Shown: positions 8,753 to 19,539 of the stretch, in pieces
How positions within the stretch are numbered: the first letter of the stretch is position 1
Layout: each line of letters begins with the position of its first letter
NCBI GenBank assembly: GCA_963707915.1
Contig: OY970178.1
Span: forward strand, 2,592,001-2,656,000
Length of the DNA: 64,000 nucleotides
Reading direction: 5' to 3'
DNA from: Candidatus Eiseniibacteriota bacterium
GTDB lineage: Bacteria; Eisenbacteria; RBG-16-71-46
Notes under the pieces: model-generated
Told to the model about the DNA's origin: nothing
Database searches by the model: none
The model's input: only the letters and a program-made list of their open reading frames with translations
Made by a program: the position numbers and the translations under genes

Positions 8753-11700
8753 TCAGGAACAGCCCAGGGACGTCCCGCAATTGAGGCACTTGTAGCAGGT
8801 GCCGTTGCGGATGGTGATGTGACCGCAGTTGTCGCAGAGCGGCGCGTCGCCGGCGAACTTGCCGAGCTGGGCATCGGGCCCGCCCTCGCCGGCGTAGGGT
8901 TCCGCGCGCAGCCGGGTCGCGGGCGGCGCCGCGGCGCGCCCCTCGCCGCCGTCGCCGGCCATGCGATGTTCGCGCCCCACCGGGTGGCCGGTGGCGTGGT
9001 TCTTGGGCTGGCCCACCAGGCTCTCGTCCACGATGTGGGCGAGGTCGGTGCGCCCCAGGTACTCGATGCCGAGCACGCGGAACACGTAGTCCACGACGCT
9101 GGTGCAGGCGCGCAGGTTGTCGTGGCCGTCCACGCGGCCGTGCGGCTCGAAGCGCGTGAAGCAGAACTGGTCCACCAGGTCGTCGAGCGGCACGCCGTAC
9201 TGCAGGCCCATCGAGACCGAGATGGCGAAGCAGTTCATCATGCTGCGGAAGGCGGCGCCCTCCTTGTGCATGTCGATGAAGATCTCGCCGATCGTGCCGT
9301 CCTCGTACTCTCCGGTGCGCAGGAACACCTTGTGCCCGCCGATGCGCGCCTCCTGCGTGAACCCGTGGCGCCGCTTCGGCAGCCGCCGCCGCCGCAGCCT
9401 GGGCGGCGAGTCCTTCTCGGGTTCCTCGGTCTTGCGGCTCGTCGCCAGCGGCTGGCTCAGCTTGGAGCCGTCGCGGTAGAGCGCGACCGCCTTGAGGCCC
9501 GACTTCCAGGACTCGAAGTAGATCTTCTCGACGTCCTCGACGGTGGCCTCCGGGGGCAGGTTCACGGTCTTGCTGATGGCGCCGGAGATGAACGGCTGCA
9601 CCGCCGCCATCATGCGGACGTGCCCCATGGGCTCGATGAACCGCGTCCCGCGCGGGCCGCAGCGGTTGGCGCAATCGAAGACCGCCAGGTGCTCGGGGCG
9701 GAGGCCCGGCGCGCCCTCGACGGTGAGGTTGCCGCACACCACGGCGTTGGCCTCCTCGATCTGCGCGTCGGTGAAGCCGAGGTAGGGCAGCAGGCAGAAG
9801 CCCGGCTTCTCGCGCTCGGCCACGCTGACCCCGAGCCGGGTGAGCGCGGCGTCGCCGATCATGCTGCGCGAGAAGGCGAAGCGCAGGTGGAGCATCCCCG
9901 GCAGGGCCTCGTCGATGCGGCGGGTCTCCGCCTCGCGCAGGCCCTTGTGCATCAGCGCGTCGGGGTGGACGTGCGGGGCGCCCTCGAGCGTGTGGGTGCC
10001 GGTCGCCCAGCGCCCGATGCGCTCGATCTCGGCCGGCCCGTACCCCAGGCGGTGCAGTGCCTCGGGTACGGACTGGTTCACGATCTTGAAGTAGCCGCCG
10101 CCCGCCAGCTTCTTGAACTTGACCATCGCGAAATCGGGTTCGATGCCGGTCGTGTCGCAGTCCATCAGCAGCCCGATGGTGCCGGTGGGCGCGAGCACCG
10201 TGGCCTGCGCGTTGCGGAAGCCGTGGATGGTGCCGAGCGCGATGGCGCGGTTCCAGCACTCGATCGCGGCCTGGCGCAGGTCGCGCGCCGCGCGTCGCGG
10301 GTCGATGGATTGCGCGGCGTCGCGGTGCAGGCGCATGACCTCGAGCATGCCGTCGCGGTTCTCGTCGTAGCGGAGGAACGGCCCCCGGCTGGCCGCGATC
10401 TCGGCCGAGAGCGCGTAGGCCTCGCCGGTCATGGCCGCCGTGATGCAGGCCGCGTAGGCGCGGGCGTCGTCGCTGTCGTAGGGCAGCCCCTGGACCATGA
10501 GCAGCGTGCCGAGGTTGGCGTAGCCCAGCCCCAGCGGCCGGAACTCGTGCGAGCGGCGGGTGATCCGCTCGGTCGGATACGACGCGAGGTCCACCGCGAT
10601 CTCCTGCGCCAGGAAGAACAGGCGGCAGGCGTGCCGGTAGCCCTCCGTGTCGAAGGCGCCGTCCGGCCGCGCGAACTTCACCAGGTTCACCGACGCCAGG
10701 TTGCAGGAGGTGTCGTCCAGGAACATGTACTCGCTGCACGGGTTCGAAGCGTGGATCTTCTCGGTCGCCTTGCAGGTGTGCCACTTCTGGATGGTGTCGT
10801 CGAACTGCACGCCGGGGTCGGCGCACTGCCAGGCGGCGCCGGCGACCTCGCGCCACAGGTCGCGCGCGCGCATCGTCTCGTGCACCTCGCCGGTGGTGCG
10901 GAACGTGGTCTGCCAGGGCAGGTCGTCCACCACCGCCTGCATCAAGCGGTCGGGCAGACGCACCGAGTTGTTGGAGTTCTGTCCCGATACCGTGCCGTAG
11001 GCCTCGGCGTTGAAGTCGGACGAGTAGCCCGCGGCGACCAGCGCGGCGACCTTCTTCTCCTCGCGCATCTTCCACCGGACGAAGTCGAGGATCTCGGGGT
11101 GGTCGGCGTCGAGCACGACCATCTTGGCCGCGCGGCGGGTGGTGCCGCCCGACTTGGTCGCGCCCGCGCCCTTGTCGAGCACCTCGAGGAAGGACATCAG
11201 GCCCGACGAGGTGCCGCCGCCGGAGAGTCGCTCCATGCGGCCGCGCAGCCGGGAGAAGTTCGTTCCGGTGCCGGAGCCGTACTTGAAGACGCGCGCCTCG
11301 TTGCGGGCGAGCTCGAAGATGCTCATCAGGTCGTCGTCCACCGACTGGATGAAGCAGGCGGACACCTGCGGGTGCGAGTAGGAGTCGGTGGTGGTCAGGA
11401 TCGAATCGGTCTCGGCGTCCCAGTGGTGGCTGCCGCCCGAGCCGCGGATCCCGTATTCGTGCCACAGGCCGCAGTTGAACCACACCGGCGAGTTGAAGGC
11501 GCCGACCTGGTGCACCAGCATCCAGGCCAGCTCGGCCTCGAAGGCGTCGGCGTCGTCCGGGCCGGCGAAGTAACCGCCCTGCTGCTCGCCGCTGGTGCGC
11601 AGGGTGTGGGCGATGCGGTGCACGACCTGCCGCACGCTGGTCTCGTGCCCGGGCTTGCCGGGGAGCCCCGCCTTGCGGAAGTACTTGCTCACCACGATGT

Positions 11701-11932
11701 CGGTGGCCAGTTGCGACCACTCGGCCGGCACCTCGACGTCCTCCATCTGGAAGACGATCGAGCCGTCGGGGTTCGCGATGACGGTGCGCCGCTTCTCCCA
11801 CGCGATCTCGTCGAGCGGGTTCACGCCCGGACGGGTGAAACGCCGCGGCACGCGGAGGCCGGCATGGGTGGGTGGGGCGAGTGCGGCGGCAGAGGGCGCG
11901 GGGCGCGCGTCGCCGGTGAGCGACTGGATCAT
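8753..11932 (-). CDS. nrdJ: Class II (adenosylcobalamin-dependent) ribonucleotide reductase
   Basis: [52 protein letters not shown]-terminal TSCPD-like domain and Cys4 ribbon (CDNC...CLNC). Confidence 0.95.
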   Translation of the reverse strand: MIQSLTGDARPAPSAAALAPPTHAGLRVPRRFTRPGVNPLDEIAWEKRRTVIANPDGSIVFQMEDVEVPAEWSQLATDIVVSKYFRKAGLPGKPGHETSVRQVVHRIAHTLRTSGEQQGGYFAGPDDADAFEAELAWMLVHQVGAFNSPVWFNCGLWHEYGIRGSGGSHHWDAETDSILTTTDSYSHPQVSACFIQSVDDDLMSIFELARNEARVFKYGSGTGTNFSRLRGRMERLSGGGTSSGLMSFLEVLDKGAGATKSGGTTRRAAKMVVLDADHPEILDFVRWKMREEKKVAALVAAGYSSDFNAEAYGTVSGQNSNNSVRLPDRLMQAVVDDLPWQTTFRTTGEVHETMRARDLWREVAGAAWQCADPGVQFDDTIQKWHTCKATEKIHASNPCSEYMFLDDTSCNLASVNLVKFARPDGAFDTEGYRHACRLFFLAQEIAVDLASYPTERITRRSHEFRPLGLGYANLGTLLMVQGLPYDSDDARAYAACITAAMTGEAYALSAEIAASRGPFLRYDENRDGMLEVMRLHRDAAQSIDPRRAARDLRQAAIECWNRAIALGTIHGFRNAQATVLAPTGTIGLLMDCDTTGIEPDFAMVKFKKLAGGGYFKIVNQSVPEALHRLGYGPAEIERIGRWATGTHTLEGAPHVHPDALMHKGLREAETRRIDEALPGMLHLRFAFSRSMIGDAALTRLGVSVAEREKPGFCLLPYLGFTDAQIEEANAVVCGNLTVEGAPGLRPEHLAVFDCANRCGPRGTRFIEPMGHVRMMAAVQPFISGAISKTVNLPPEATVEDVEKIYFESWKSGLKAVALYRDGSKLSQPLATSRKTEEPEKDSPPRLRRRRLPKRRHGFTQEARIGGHKVFLRTGEYEDGTIGEIFIDMHKEGAAFRSMMNCFAISVSMGLQYGVPLDDLVDQFCFTRFEPHGRVDGHDNLRACTSVVDYVFRVLGIEYLGRTDLAHIVDESLVGQPKNHATGHPVGREHRMAGDGGEGRAAAPPATRLRAEPYAGEGGPDAQLGKFAGDAPLCDNCGHITIRNGTCYKCLNCGTSLGCS

Positions 11933-12496
11933 GGGACCTCCCTGGTCCTCCTCGCGCGAGGAACCCTTCCCGATGATCGGACCGTGGTGGCGCGGCGTCC
12001 GGATTGCGCGCGCCAGCGTGGCTCGACCCGCAGCGACTCCTGCTTCCCGTCCGCCCGAATCGGCGGCGGCGACCCGTCTCTTGCGTGGTTGGAAGGTTGC
12101 TCTCCGTTCGTCCGCGAGGAGTTCATCATGGCGAACGGTGGGATGGTTTATACCACCGCGTCACTCACCTCGCGCAAGGGCCAAGTTCGCCGCGGAGGAT
12201 GCGGGTGCGATGCGGGTGTCCCGATTCCGCGCAGGAACGACGGGCTCGCCGCGCGGTGCCGACGCGGCGGGCCTCGCGGCTCATCGCGGTCGCCCTGCGG
12301 CCCCGGAGGGAGCCTGCGCCCGCCGCGCGCACCCGGCGGCGGTCTCGGACGGCGGCGGTCGTCCGGGCGGGGCCGTGCGGACGCGGTGCCCCGGGTCACG
12401 GTTTCTCTTGCAGCGGTCTCGGCACGGTGGGATGTTCCCGGTGGCCCCGGCGGGCTTGCATGTCGGTTCCGGTCGTTCTTCAGAGAGCGGGACGCC

Positions 12497-12859
12497 ATGT
12501 CACGAGTCATGCTGTTCCACTGCCAGGCGGCGGAGGAGCGCGCGCTCCTCGGCGATGACCTGAATTTCGTGTGCTGCGACGACTGCGAGGAGCTCCTCTC
12601 CGAGGTCGTGCGGCACCCGCCCGACGTCGTGGTCTACGAGGTCAGGCCCCGGAGCATGTCGGACCTCGCCGTGCTGCGGCTGCTGCGGCGCGTGGCGCCG
12701 CGCTTGCCATTGGTCCTGGTCGGGGAGGGCACGGCGCCGGCCTGGGACGCCCCCGCGGAGCTGGCGCCCCTCTATCGCTCCCCGTTGCCGGTGGAGCGCC
12801 GCGGCCTGCGCAGGGTCGTCCGCCGCGCGCTCGCGACGCGCCCCGTCATCGCGGGCTGA
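12497..12859 (+). CDS. Stand-alone atypical receiver-like (CheY-fold) protein
   Basis: 3' end of ORF 8720..12859; PPDVVVYE...LRLLRRVAPRLPLVLV resembles the receiver beta3-beta4 region; ATG at 12497. Confidence 0.55.
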   Translation: MSRVMLFHCQAAEERALLGDDLNFVCCDDCEELLSEVVRHPPDVVVYEVRPRSMSDLAVLRLLRRVAPRLPLVLVGEGTAPAWDAPAELAPLYRSPLPVERRGLRRVVRRALATRPVIAG

Positions 12860-12928
12860 CCGGGCCGGGGCGGCCGGGCCGGGCGGCCGGGACGCGCGGG
12901 GTGGTACCGCGGGCCCGGCCGGGGCTGC

Positions 12929-15016
12929 CTACTTCTCCCTGGGCTTCTTCTCCGCGGCGGCGGCCTTCGCCGCCTCGTCGGCCTCGATCCGTGCCCATTC
13001 GGAGCCGTGCTCGTGCCGCAGTTGCTCCTCGCTGATGAGCCCCGTCACCCAGGACCAGTTCATCGGGTAGACGTCGGGGTTCAGGATGTTCTGGTAGAGG
13101 TGCCAGATCAGGATGGCGAGGAACGCCAGCCAGGCCTCGTAGTAGTGCACCAGCGTGGAGAGATCGAGGACCCACTTGGGCATCCACTGCAGCGAATGGT
13201 TCGCGAACCACAGCAGGAGGCCCGTGACCGTCATCACGATCGTGCCCCAGACCAGGGCCCAGTACTCCGCCTTCTCGATGTAGTTGAAGCGGTCGAAGGC
13301 GGGCGGCTCGTGCCGCAACCCCACCAGGTACAGGACGTTGCCCCAGGCCTCGCGCACGTCGCGGAGCGACGGCAGCAGCGCCAGGATCAACCCGCTGCCC
13401 CGCCGGGTGAACAGGTAGACGACGTGGCCGAGGGAGGTCACGATCATGACGACCGCGGCGATCCGGTGGATGACGCTGCGCCAGGCGAACCCCGCCTCCA
13501 GGTGCGCCAGCCACGCGAACAGCCAGGACTCGGGGAACTTCAGGGCGAAACCGGTCCAGACCAGGGTGAAGAAGCTGACCATCAGCAGGACGTGCTGCAG
13601 CCGCTCGATCGGGACGCTGCGGACGTACCAGCGGCCGTGGGAGCGCTCGGGGGCCGGCTCGCCCCGGTAGACCCGGTAGTGGCGGCGACTCTTGCGGATG
13701 AAGTCGAGCGCCTGGTGCACGAACATGCCACCGCACACCCCGAAGATGAGCCACAGGTAGATCAGCCGGGTGTAGTAGAGGATCGGGCTCGAATGCGTGG
13801 CGAGCTGGACGTGCACCTTCCCGAGCGTGGCCCACTTGTCCGCCCCGGCGTGGCACTTTCCGCAGGTCTTTCCCAGCTGCGCCGGGCTCACCGCCGAGCG
13901 CGGGTCGCTCGACGGCAGGATTTCGTGGAAACCGTGACAGGAAGCGCAGTTAGCCACCGCCTTCGATCCGCCGCGAGACGCCAGGCCGTGGAAGGAATCA
14001 CGATATGTCGTGAGTCTTCCGGCCGGAAGACCGTACGTCTCGCGGATGCCCTGGGCCTCGTGGCAGCGCGAGCAGGTGCTGTTCACCTGGGAGGCCATGA
14101 CCGGCGAGGAGGCGTCGCCGGGGCCGCGAATGACGTGCTCGCCGTGGCAGTCGGTGCAGTTGGGCGCCTTGGTGACGCCGCGGCGCAAGGCCTGTCCGTG
14201 GATGCCGGTCTCGAAGGCGGCGAATTCCTTGGTATGGCAGCGGCCGCAGGTGTGCGGGACGTTGGTGCGGTAGATGGACGACGTGGGGTCGTTGGCCCGT
14301 CTCAGGTCGTGGCTTTCGTGGCAGTCGCTGCAGGTCGCCGCCCGTGGGTCCTTCGACTTCCCGTGCACGCTCTGGGTGTAGAGCGCGTAGGCCTCGGGGA
14401 TGGTGATCCGGCGCCGGGTCATGAGTGCGCGGTTGGCGTGGCAGCGGGCGCAGGTGTGCGGCAGGTTGGCCCGGTAGACCGGCGAGGCCGGGTCGGTGTG
14501 CGGGCGGATCGAGTGGAATGGCCCGTGGCAGTCCTGGCAGGTGGAGGCCTCGGGGTCGCCGCGCGCCGGCGCGGTGCCGTGGACGCTGGTGCGGTACTGC
14601 TCGGTCACGCGCAGGTGGCAGCCGGCGCAGTCGTCGGTTCCCCGCCGCGTGGGCCGGCGTACCTGGTGGCCCTTGCCGTGGCAGCCCAGGCAGCCCGCCT
14701 CGCGCGGGCCGGCGGCCTGCCGGTGGGCGCTGCCCGCGATCGCGGCGGCGGCGTCCTGGTGGCACGCGCCGCAGCGGACCTGCGGCAGCGTGGGGGCGTG
14801 GGGCAGCTCCGTCATGCCCCTGTGGCAGGCCACGCACGCCAGCCGTCCATGCGGGGAGATCTTGAGCCGTGCGAGATCCACGTACGCCGTGCCGCCGCTG
14901 CTGCGTTCGAGCGATGGTTCGGAGTGGCAGTTCATGCACAGGTCGTTGCTCAGGGGCTCCGCCAGCGTCGGCAGGGCGGCGAGGACGGCCAGCAGCGCGG
15001 CCGCCAGCAAGCTCAT
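12929..15016 (-). CDS. Multiheme cytochrome c (13 CxxCH) fused to a C-terminal cytochrome b membrane domain (CbcL-like)
   Basis: Signal peptide MSLLAAALLAVLAALPTLA; 13 CxxCH; TM domain with QH, IHR, RFNYIEKAEYWALVWG, VHYYEA, WH. Confidence 0.85.
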   Translation of the reverse strand: MSLLAAALLAVLAALPTLAEPLSNDLCMNCHSEPSLERSSGGTAYVDLARLKISPHGRLACVACHRGMTELPHAPTLPQVRCGACHQDAAAAIAGSAHRQAAGPREAGCLGCHGKGHQVRRPTRRGTDDCAGCHLRVTEQYRTSVHGTAPARGDPEASTCQDCHGPFHSIRPHTDPASPVYRANLPHTCARCHANRALMTRRRITIPEAYALYTQSVHGKSKDPRAATCSDCHESHDLRRANDPTSSIYRTNVPHTCGRCHTKEFAAFETGIHGQALRRGVTKAPNCTDCHGEHVIRGPGDASSPVMASQVNSTCSRCHEAQGIRETYGLPAGRLTTYRDSFHGLASRGGSKAVANCASCHGFHEILPSSDPRSAVSPAQLGKTCGKCHAGADKWATLGKVHVQLATHSSPILYYTRLIYLWLIFGVCGGMFVHQALDFIRKSRRHYRVYRGEPAPERSHGRWYVRSVPIERLQHVLLMVSFFTLVWTGFALKFPESWLFAWLAHLEAGFAWRSVIHRIAAVVMIVTSLGHVVYLFTRRGSGLILALLPSLRDVREAWGNVLYLVGLRHEPPAFDRFNYIEKAEYWALVWGTIVMTVTGLLLWFANHSLQWMPKWVLDLSTLVHYYEAWLAFLAILIWHLYQNILNPDVYPMNWSWVTGLISEEQLRHEHGSEWARIEADEAAKAAAAEKKPREK

Positions 15017-15249
15017 CCAGGCCCGGGGCAGTCGCGCGCGCTCCGGGACTCCTCCAAGCGGGGCCGAAAACCGGGAATGGACTCGAGTCACGCCGGTATA
15101 TCTCCGGGAAGGGGACGGCCGGACCTCGCTGCCCCGGAGCCGGAGACCGCGGAAGAGGTCCGCGGGCAAGGCGTTCGAGCGACGAAGCCGTAGGTTGGCA
15201 ACAGACGGGGGCATGGTACCACGGGAGGCCTTGCTATCGGGACGACAAT

Positions 15250-15265
15250 TCAGTAAAACTACTGA
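15250..15265. promoter_or_regulatory. AT-rich palindrome TCAGTA-N4-TACTGA between divergent cytochrome genes
   Basis: Perfect 6-bp inverted repeat near the centre of the 470-bp divergent intergenic region. Confidence 0.45.
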
Positions 15266-15486
15266 CGTCTGTGGCCGGTCGGGCAAGGCAGGGTATCGCC
15301 CCCGGATCGGCCAGCGCAAGGAATCGAGCGAAGCTGCGGCGCCCGGAGGTTCCCGGGTCCCGCGGACGCGACCTCGGTCCTCCATGCGGAAGTCGGTTAC
15401 TCTGCGAGACGAGTCTCGTGGATCGCACACGACGCCTCGGCCTCGCGTTCCCAGGCAGGCCGTCACCTTCAATACCGGAGGGACAG

Positions 15487-16029
15487 ATGATCAAGAGGAT
15501 CCTCGCGTTGGTCGTGATGGGGGTGCTGGCGGCGAGCGTCGCGGCGCAGGCCGCGGACGCGCCGAAGAACGATTACGTCGGCGCGAGCCCGAAGGCATGC
15601 ATGTGCCACTTCAAGGAGTTCAAGGCGTGGTCGACGACCCCGCACGCGCACGCCCTCGAGGGCCTGAAGGCCACCACTCCCGAGCAGCTGAAGAAGATGA
15701 ACGAGATCCTCAAGTCCGCGGTCAAGGACCATCCCGAGACCGACGCGGCGTGCGTGGGCTGCCACGTGACCGGCTACAAGCAGGGCGGCTACCCGGCGGC
15801 CGATTCGATCAAGACCGCAGCGCTGGCGCACGTGGGCTGCGAGGTCTGCCACGGCCCCGCCAAGAACCACCTCGCGGTGCCGGCCAGCGACAAGGCGGGC
15901 CGGAAGGCCTCCATGCTGATCCCGACCGCCGAGACCTGCAAGAAGTGCCACACGGCGGAGATCTCGCCCAAGTTCGATTTCGCCGTGATGAGCAAGAAGG
16001 TGCATCCCATCGCCGCAGCGGCGAAGTAA
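15487..16029 (+). CDS. Periplasmic c554-like tetraheme cytochrome (3 CxxCH + 1 CxCH)
   Basis: RBS GGAGGG; signal peptide; YVG...CMCH...W...HAHA, CVGCHVTG, VGCEVCHGPA..H, CKKCH. Confidence 0.85.
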   Translation: MIKRILALVVMGVLAASVAAQAADAPKNDYVGASPKACMCHFKEFKAWSTTPHAHALEGLKATTPEQLKKMNEILKSAVKDHPETDAACVGCHVTGYKQGGYPAADSIKTAALAHVGCEVCHGPAKNHLAVPASDKAGRKASMLIPTAETCKKCHTAEISPKFDFAVMSKKVHPIAAAAK

Positions 16030-16050
16030 GCGATCCGAAGCCCAGCGACG

Positions 16051-18891
16051 ATGAAGGACAGCGCGGGTCGGCCGGCGGTTCGCAGGCCGGCCCGCGTTTC
16101 GCATGCCGGGCTCGTGGCGCTGGCGGCGGCGTTGTTCGCCGGCGCGCTGCTCCACGCGGCCTCGTGGGCGGCGCCCGAGGCGCCCAGGCCGCTCCCCGGC
16201 GCCGACGCTTGCGAGGGTTGCCACGAGGCCGGTCCGCCGCTCGCGAAGCGTGACGCGGATACGCCGCCACGCTTCGACGCCGCGGGGCTGCGCGCCTCGC
16301 CGCACGCGGCGCTGACCTGCACCGCCTGCCACGCGGACCTCGAGGGCAAGGACTTCCCGCACGAGGCGAAGCCGGCGCCGGTGCGCTGCGGCGGCTGCCA
16401 CGCGGCCGAGCAGCGCCAGTACGGCGAGAGCCTGCACGGCCAGGCCGCCTCGCGCGGGGAGAAGCTCGCGCCCTCGTGCAAGGAGTGCCACGGACGGCAC
16501 GCCGTCCTGCCGCGCAGCGACCCGCGCTCGCCCACCAACACGGTCAACGTCCCGGCGCTGTGCGGACGCTGCCACCACGAAGGCTCGCCGGTCCAGCTCA
16601 CCTACCACATCCCGCAGGACTCGATCCTCGCCAACTACTCCGAGTCCATGCACGGCGAGGGGCTGTTCAAGAAGGGGCTCCTGACGACGGCGGTGTGCAC
16701 CTCGTGCCACACCGCGCACCACGTCCTGCCGCACACCGACCCGCGCTCGAGCATCGCCCGGCGCAACGTGGTCGCCACCTGCACGCAGTGCCACGTGCGC
16801 ATCGAGCAGGTGCACCGCAAGATCATCAACGGCGTGCTGTGGGAGAACCGCCCCAACGACATCCCCGCCTGCGTGGACTGCCACCAGCCGCACAAGGCAC
16901 GCCGGGTCTTCTACACGCAGGGCATGGCCGACGCCGATTGCCAGTCGTGCCACGGCCGGCGCGCGCTCAAGGCGCAGGACGGCCGCTCGATGTTCGTGGA
17001 CCCGGCCGAGCTGCAGGGCTCCCGCCACGCCCGGATCGCCTGCGCGCAGTGCCACAGCGAGGCGCAGCCCTCGCACGCCCGGCCCTGCTCGACGATCACG
17101 CGCCGGGTGGACTGCTCGGTCTGCCACGCCGAGGTGGTGGACACCTACCGGAAGAGCACCCACGGGCAGCTGGCCGCCAAGGGCAGCCCCGACGCCCCGG
17201 GATGCCGCGACTGCCACGGCACGCACGGCATCCAGGGGCACCTGCAGTCGGACGCGCCGACCTACGCGCGCAACGTCCCGGCGCTGTGCGGGCGCTGCCA
17301 CCTGAGCGGCAAGAAGGCGCAAGTGCGCTATCGCGGGCCGGAGCGCCGGGTGGTGGAGTCCTACGTCGAGAGCATCCACGGCAAGGGGCTGCTCGAGAGC
17401 GGTCTCACCGTGACCGCGACCTGCGTGGACTGCCATACCACCCACGGCGAGCTGCCGCACACCGACCCGGCGTCCAGCGTCAACCCGGCGAACGTGGCGA
17501 AGACCTGCGCGAACTGCCACCGGGGGATCTACGAGCTCTACACGGCCAGCGTGCACTCGCCCTCGGTGACGAAGTCCAAGCGGCCGCTGCCCACCTGCTC
17601 GGACTGCCACTCGGCCCACACCATCAACCGCACCGACCGGCAGGACTTCAAGTTCGCGATCATGAGCCAGTGCGGCAAGTGCCACCGGGAGCTGGCGGAG
17701 ACCTACTTCGAGACCTACCACGGCAAGGTGTCGCGGCTCGGCTACCTCAAGACCGCGAAGTGCTACGACTGCCACGGCGCCCACGACATCCAGCCCAACT
17801 GGGATCCACGCTCGCACCTGTCACGGCAGAACATCGTGAAGACCTGCGCCGGGTGCCACCCCGGCTCGAACCGGCGCTTCGCCGGCTACCTGACCCACGC
17901 CACCCACCACGAGCCGCACAAGTACCCGGCGCTGTTCTTCGCCTTCTGGGGCATGACCGGGCTGCTGGTGGGCACCTTCGGCTTCTTCGGCCTCCACACC
18001 CTCGCCTGGCTGCCGCGCTCGCTCGCGTACCGGCGCGAGCTCGCGAAGACGCACGCCGGGGAGAGCGGGCTCCACGTGCGGCGCTTCCCGCCGCTCTACC
18101 GCAACCTGCACCTGATGGTGATCGTCTCCTTCCTCGGTCTGGCGCTCACCGGCATGACGCTCAAGTTCTCCTACTCGACCTGGGCCTACGTGCTGGCGCG
18201 CGCGCTCGGCGGCTTCGAGGCGGCGGGCTTCATCCACCGGGTCTGCGCGGGGATCACCTTCGCCTACTTCCTGCTGCACGTGCGCGACATGGTCCGGCGC
18301 AAGACGAAGTCCGGCGCGTCCTGGCGGACGTTCGTCGCCGGCGCGAGCGGCATGCTGCCCGGCCCCCGGGACCTCCAGGAATTCTGGCAGTCGATGAAGT
18401 GGTTCGCGGGCCGCGGCCCGCGGCCGCAGTACGGGCGCTGGACCTACTGGGAGAAGTTCGACTACTTCGCGGTGTTCTGGGGCGTGGCCATGATCGGCTC
18501 GACCGGTCTGGTGCTGTGGTTCCCGACCTTCTTCACCCGCTTCCTGCCCGGCATCTTCATCAACCTGGCGACCATCATCCACAGCGACGAGGCGCTGCTC
18601 GCGGTGGGCTTCATCTTCACCGTGCACTTCTTCAACACGCACTTCCGGCCCGAGAAGTTCCCCATGGACACGGTGATTTTCACCGGCACGGTGCCGCTGG
18701 AGGAGTTCAAGGCGGACCGGCCGCGCGAGTACGAGGAACTGCAGGCGAGCGGCGAGCTGGAGTCCCGCATCGAGCCCGCGCCCGCGCCGCGCACGGTGCG
18801 CGCCTGGCGCATCTTCGGCTTCATCGCGCTGTCGGTCGGGATCCTGATGGTGCTGCTCATCCTCTACGCCGCGATCTTCGGCTACCGCTAG
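16051..18891 (+). CDS. Multiheme cytochrome c (19 CxxCH) fused to a C-terminal cytochrome b membrane domain (CbcL-like)
   Basis: 19 CxxCH; TM domain with LHLMVIVSF, IHR, GRWTYWEKFDYFAVFWG, IHSDEALLA, VHFFNTHFRPEKFPMD. Confidence 0.9.
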   Translation: MKDSAGRPAVRRPARVSHAGLVALAAALFAGALLHAASWAAPEAPRPLPGADACEGCHEAGPPLAKRDADTPPRFDAAGLRASPHAALTCTACHADLEGKDFPHEAKPAPVRCGGCHAAEQRQYGESLHGQAASRGEKLAPSCKECHGRHAVLPRSDPRSPTNTVNVPALCGRCHHEGSPVQLTYHIPQDSILANYSESMHGEGLFKKGLLTTAVCTSCHTAHHVLPHTDPRSSIARRNVVATCTQCHVRIEQVHRKIINGVLWENRPNDIPACVDCHQPHKARRVFYTQGMADADCQSCHGRRALKAQDGRSMFVDPAELQGSRHARIACAQCHSEAQPSHARPCSTITRRVDCSVCHAEVVDTYRKSTHGQLAAKGSPDAPGCRDCHGTHGIQGHLQSDAPTYARNVPALCGRCHLSGKKAQVRYRGPERRVVESYVESIHGKGLLESGLTVTATCVDCHTTHGELPHTDPASSVNPANVAKTCANCHRGIYELYTASVHSPSVTKSKRPLPTCSDCHSAHTINRTDRQDFKFAIMSQCGKCHRELAETYFETYHGKVSRLGYLKTAKCYDCHGAHDIQPNWDPRSHLSRQNIVKTCAGCHPGSNRRFAGYLTHATHHEPHKYPALFFAFWGMTGLLVGTFGFFGLHTLAWLPRSLAYRRELAKTHAGESGLHVRRFPPLYRNLHLMVIVSFLGLALTGMTLKFSYSTWAYVLARALGGFEAAGFIHRVCAGITFAYFLLHVRDMVRRKTKSGASWRTFVAGASGMLPGPRDLQEFWQSMKWFAGRGPRPQYGRWTYWEKFDYFAVFWGVAMIGSTGLVLWFPTFFTRFLPGIFINLATIIHSDEALLAVGFIFTVHFFNTHFRPEKFPMDTVIFTGTVPLEEFKADRPREYEELQASGELESRIEPAPAPRTVRAWRIFGFIALSVGILMVLLILYAAIFGYR

Positions 18892-18960
18892 GCGGTCCGG
18901 CCCGGGCTCCCCGCCGCGCGGCCGACCGGATCGCTCGCGCGCGGGGAACCGCCCGAAGGT

Positions 18961-19308
18961 CTACGCCACCGCCCGTCCCGCGTGGAGGTGCGCCAGCGCC
19001 TCGGTCACGCTGGTGAAGAGCGGCAGCGCGCCGGAGAGGTGGGTGACGCCGAGCAGCCAGCGCTGGGGGCGGTCGGCACCGCACAGCGCGACGCCCCCGC
19101 CGTTCGCCGAGGCGAGCTTCTGTGCCCGGGCGAGCAGGCCCAGGCAGTGCGCGGTCAGCACGCGCGCGTGGCTGAGGTCCACCACCACGCGGCGGCCCTG
19201 GCCGGCCAGCGCGATGAGCTCGCGTTCCAGTTCGTCGCAGGCGGCCCCTTCGAGGAAGTTCCCGCTCGGTTGGAGCACCACCAGCTCGTCAAACGCGTGT
19301 GAAGTCAT
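18961..19308 (-). CDS. STAS-domain (anti-anti-sigma-like) protein
   Basis: 115 aa; VVVDLS...LGLL...GGVALCG...LLGVT..LPLF..EAL pattern. Confidence 0.75.
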   Translation of the reverse strand: MTSHAFDELVVLQPSGNFLEGAACDELERELIALAGQGRRVVVDLSHARVLTAHCLGLLARAQKLASANGGGVALCGADRPQRWLLGVTHLSGALPLFTSVTEALAHLHAGRAVA

Positions 19309-19539
19309 GTCCGGCGTCCTTTCTCGGACCGGCTGGTCGCTCCGGCCTCATCTCCTCTGACGGCGGGCCGGTCCGGAAGGTTGCACCCGGGCGACCAGCG
19401 CGCCCGGGACCGGGGGCGAACGCGGCGCCGTTTTCGCTGGACGCGGGCACTCCCGCCGCGTAGCCTGCGGTCTGCCGTGTCCGCACGCTCGGGGAGGCCG
19501 GCCCCCGAGGCTGGGCAGCACCCTGCGAGGGCACCCCTC

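Noticed and set aside
12130..12170. Possible NrdR box upstream of nrdJ
   Set aside because: The AT-rich patch (minus strand TGGTATAAAC) looks more like a -10 element and does not match the NrdR palindrome.
19381..19397. Weak sigma54-like motif (minus strand TGGTCGCCCGGGTGCAA) before the STAS gene
   Set aside because: Spacing is right but the match to TGGCAC/TTGC is poor.
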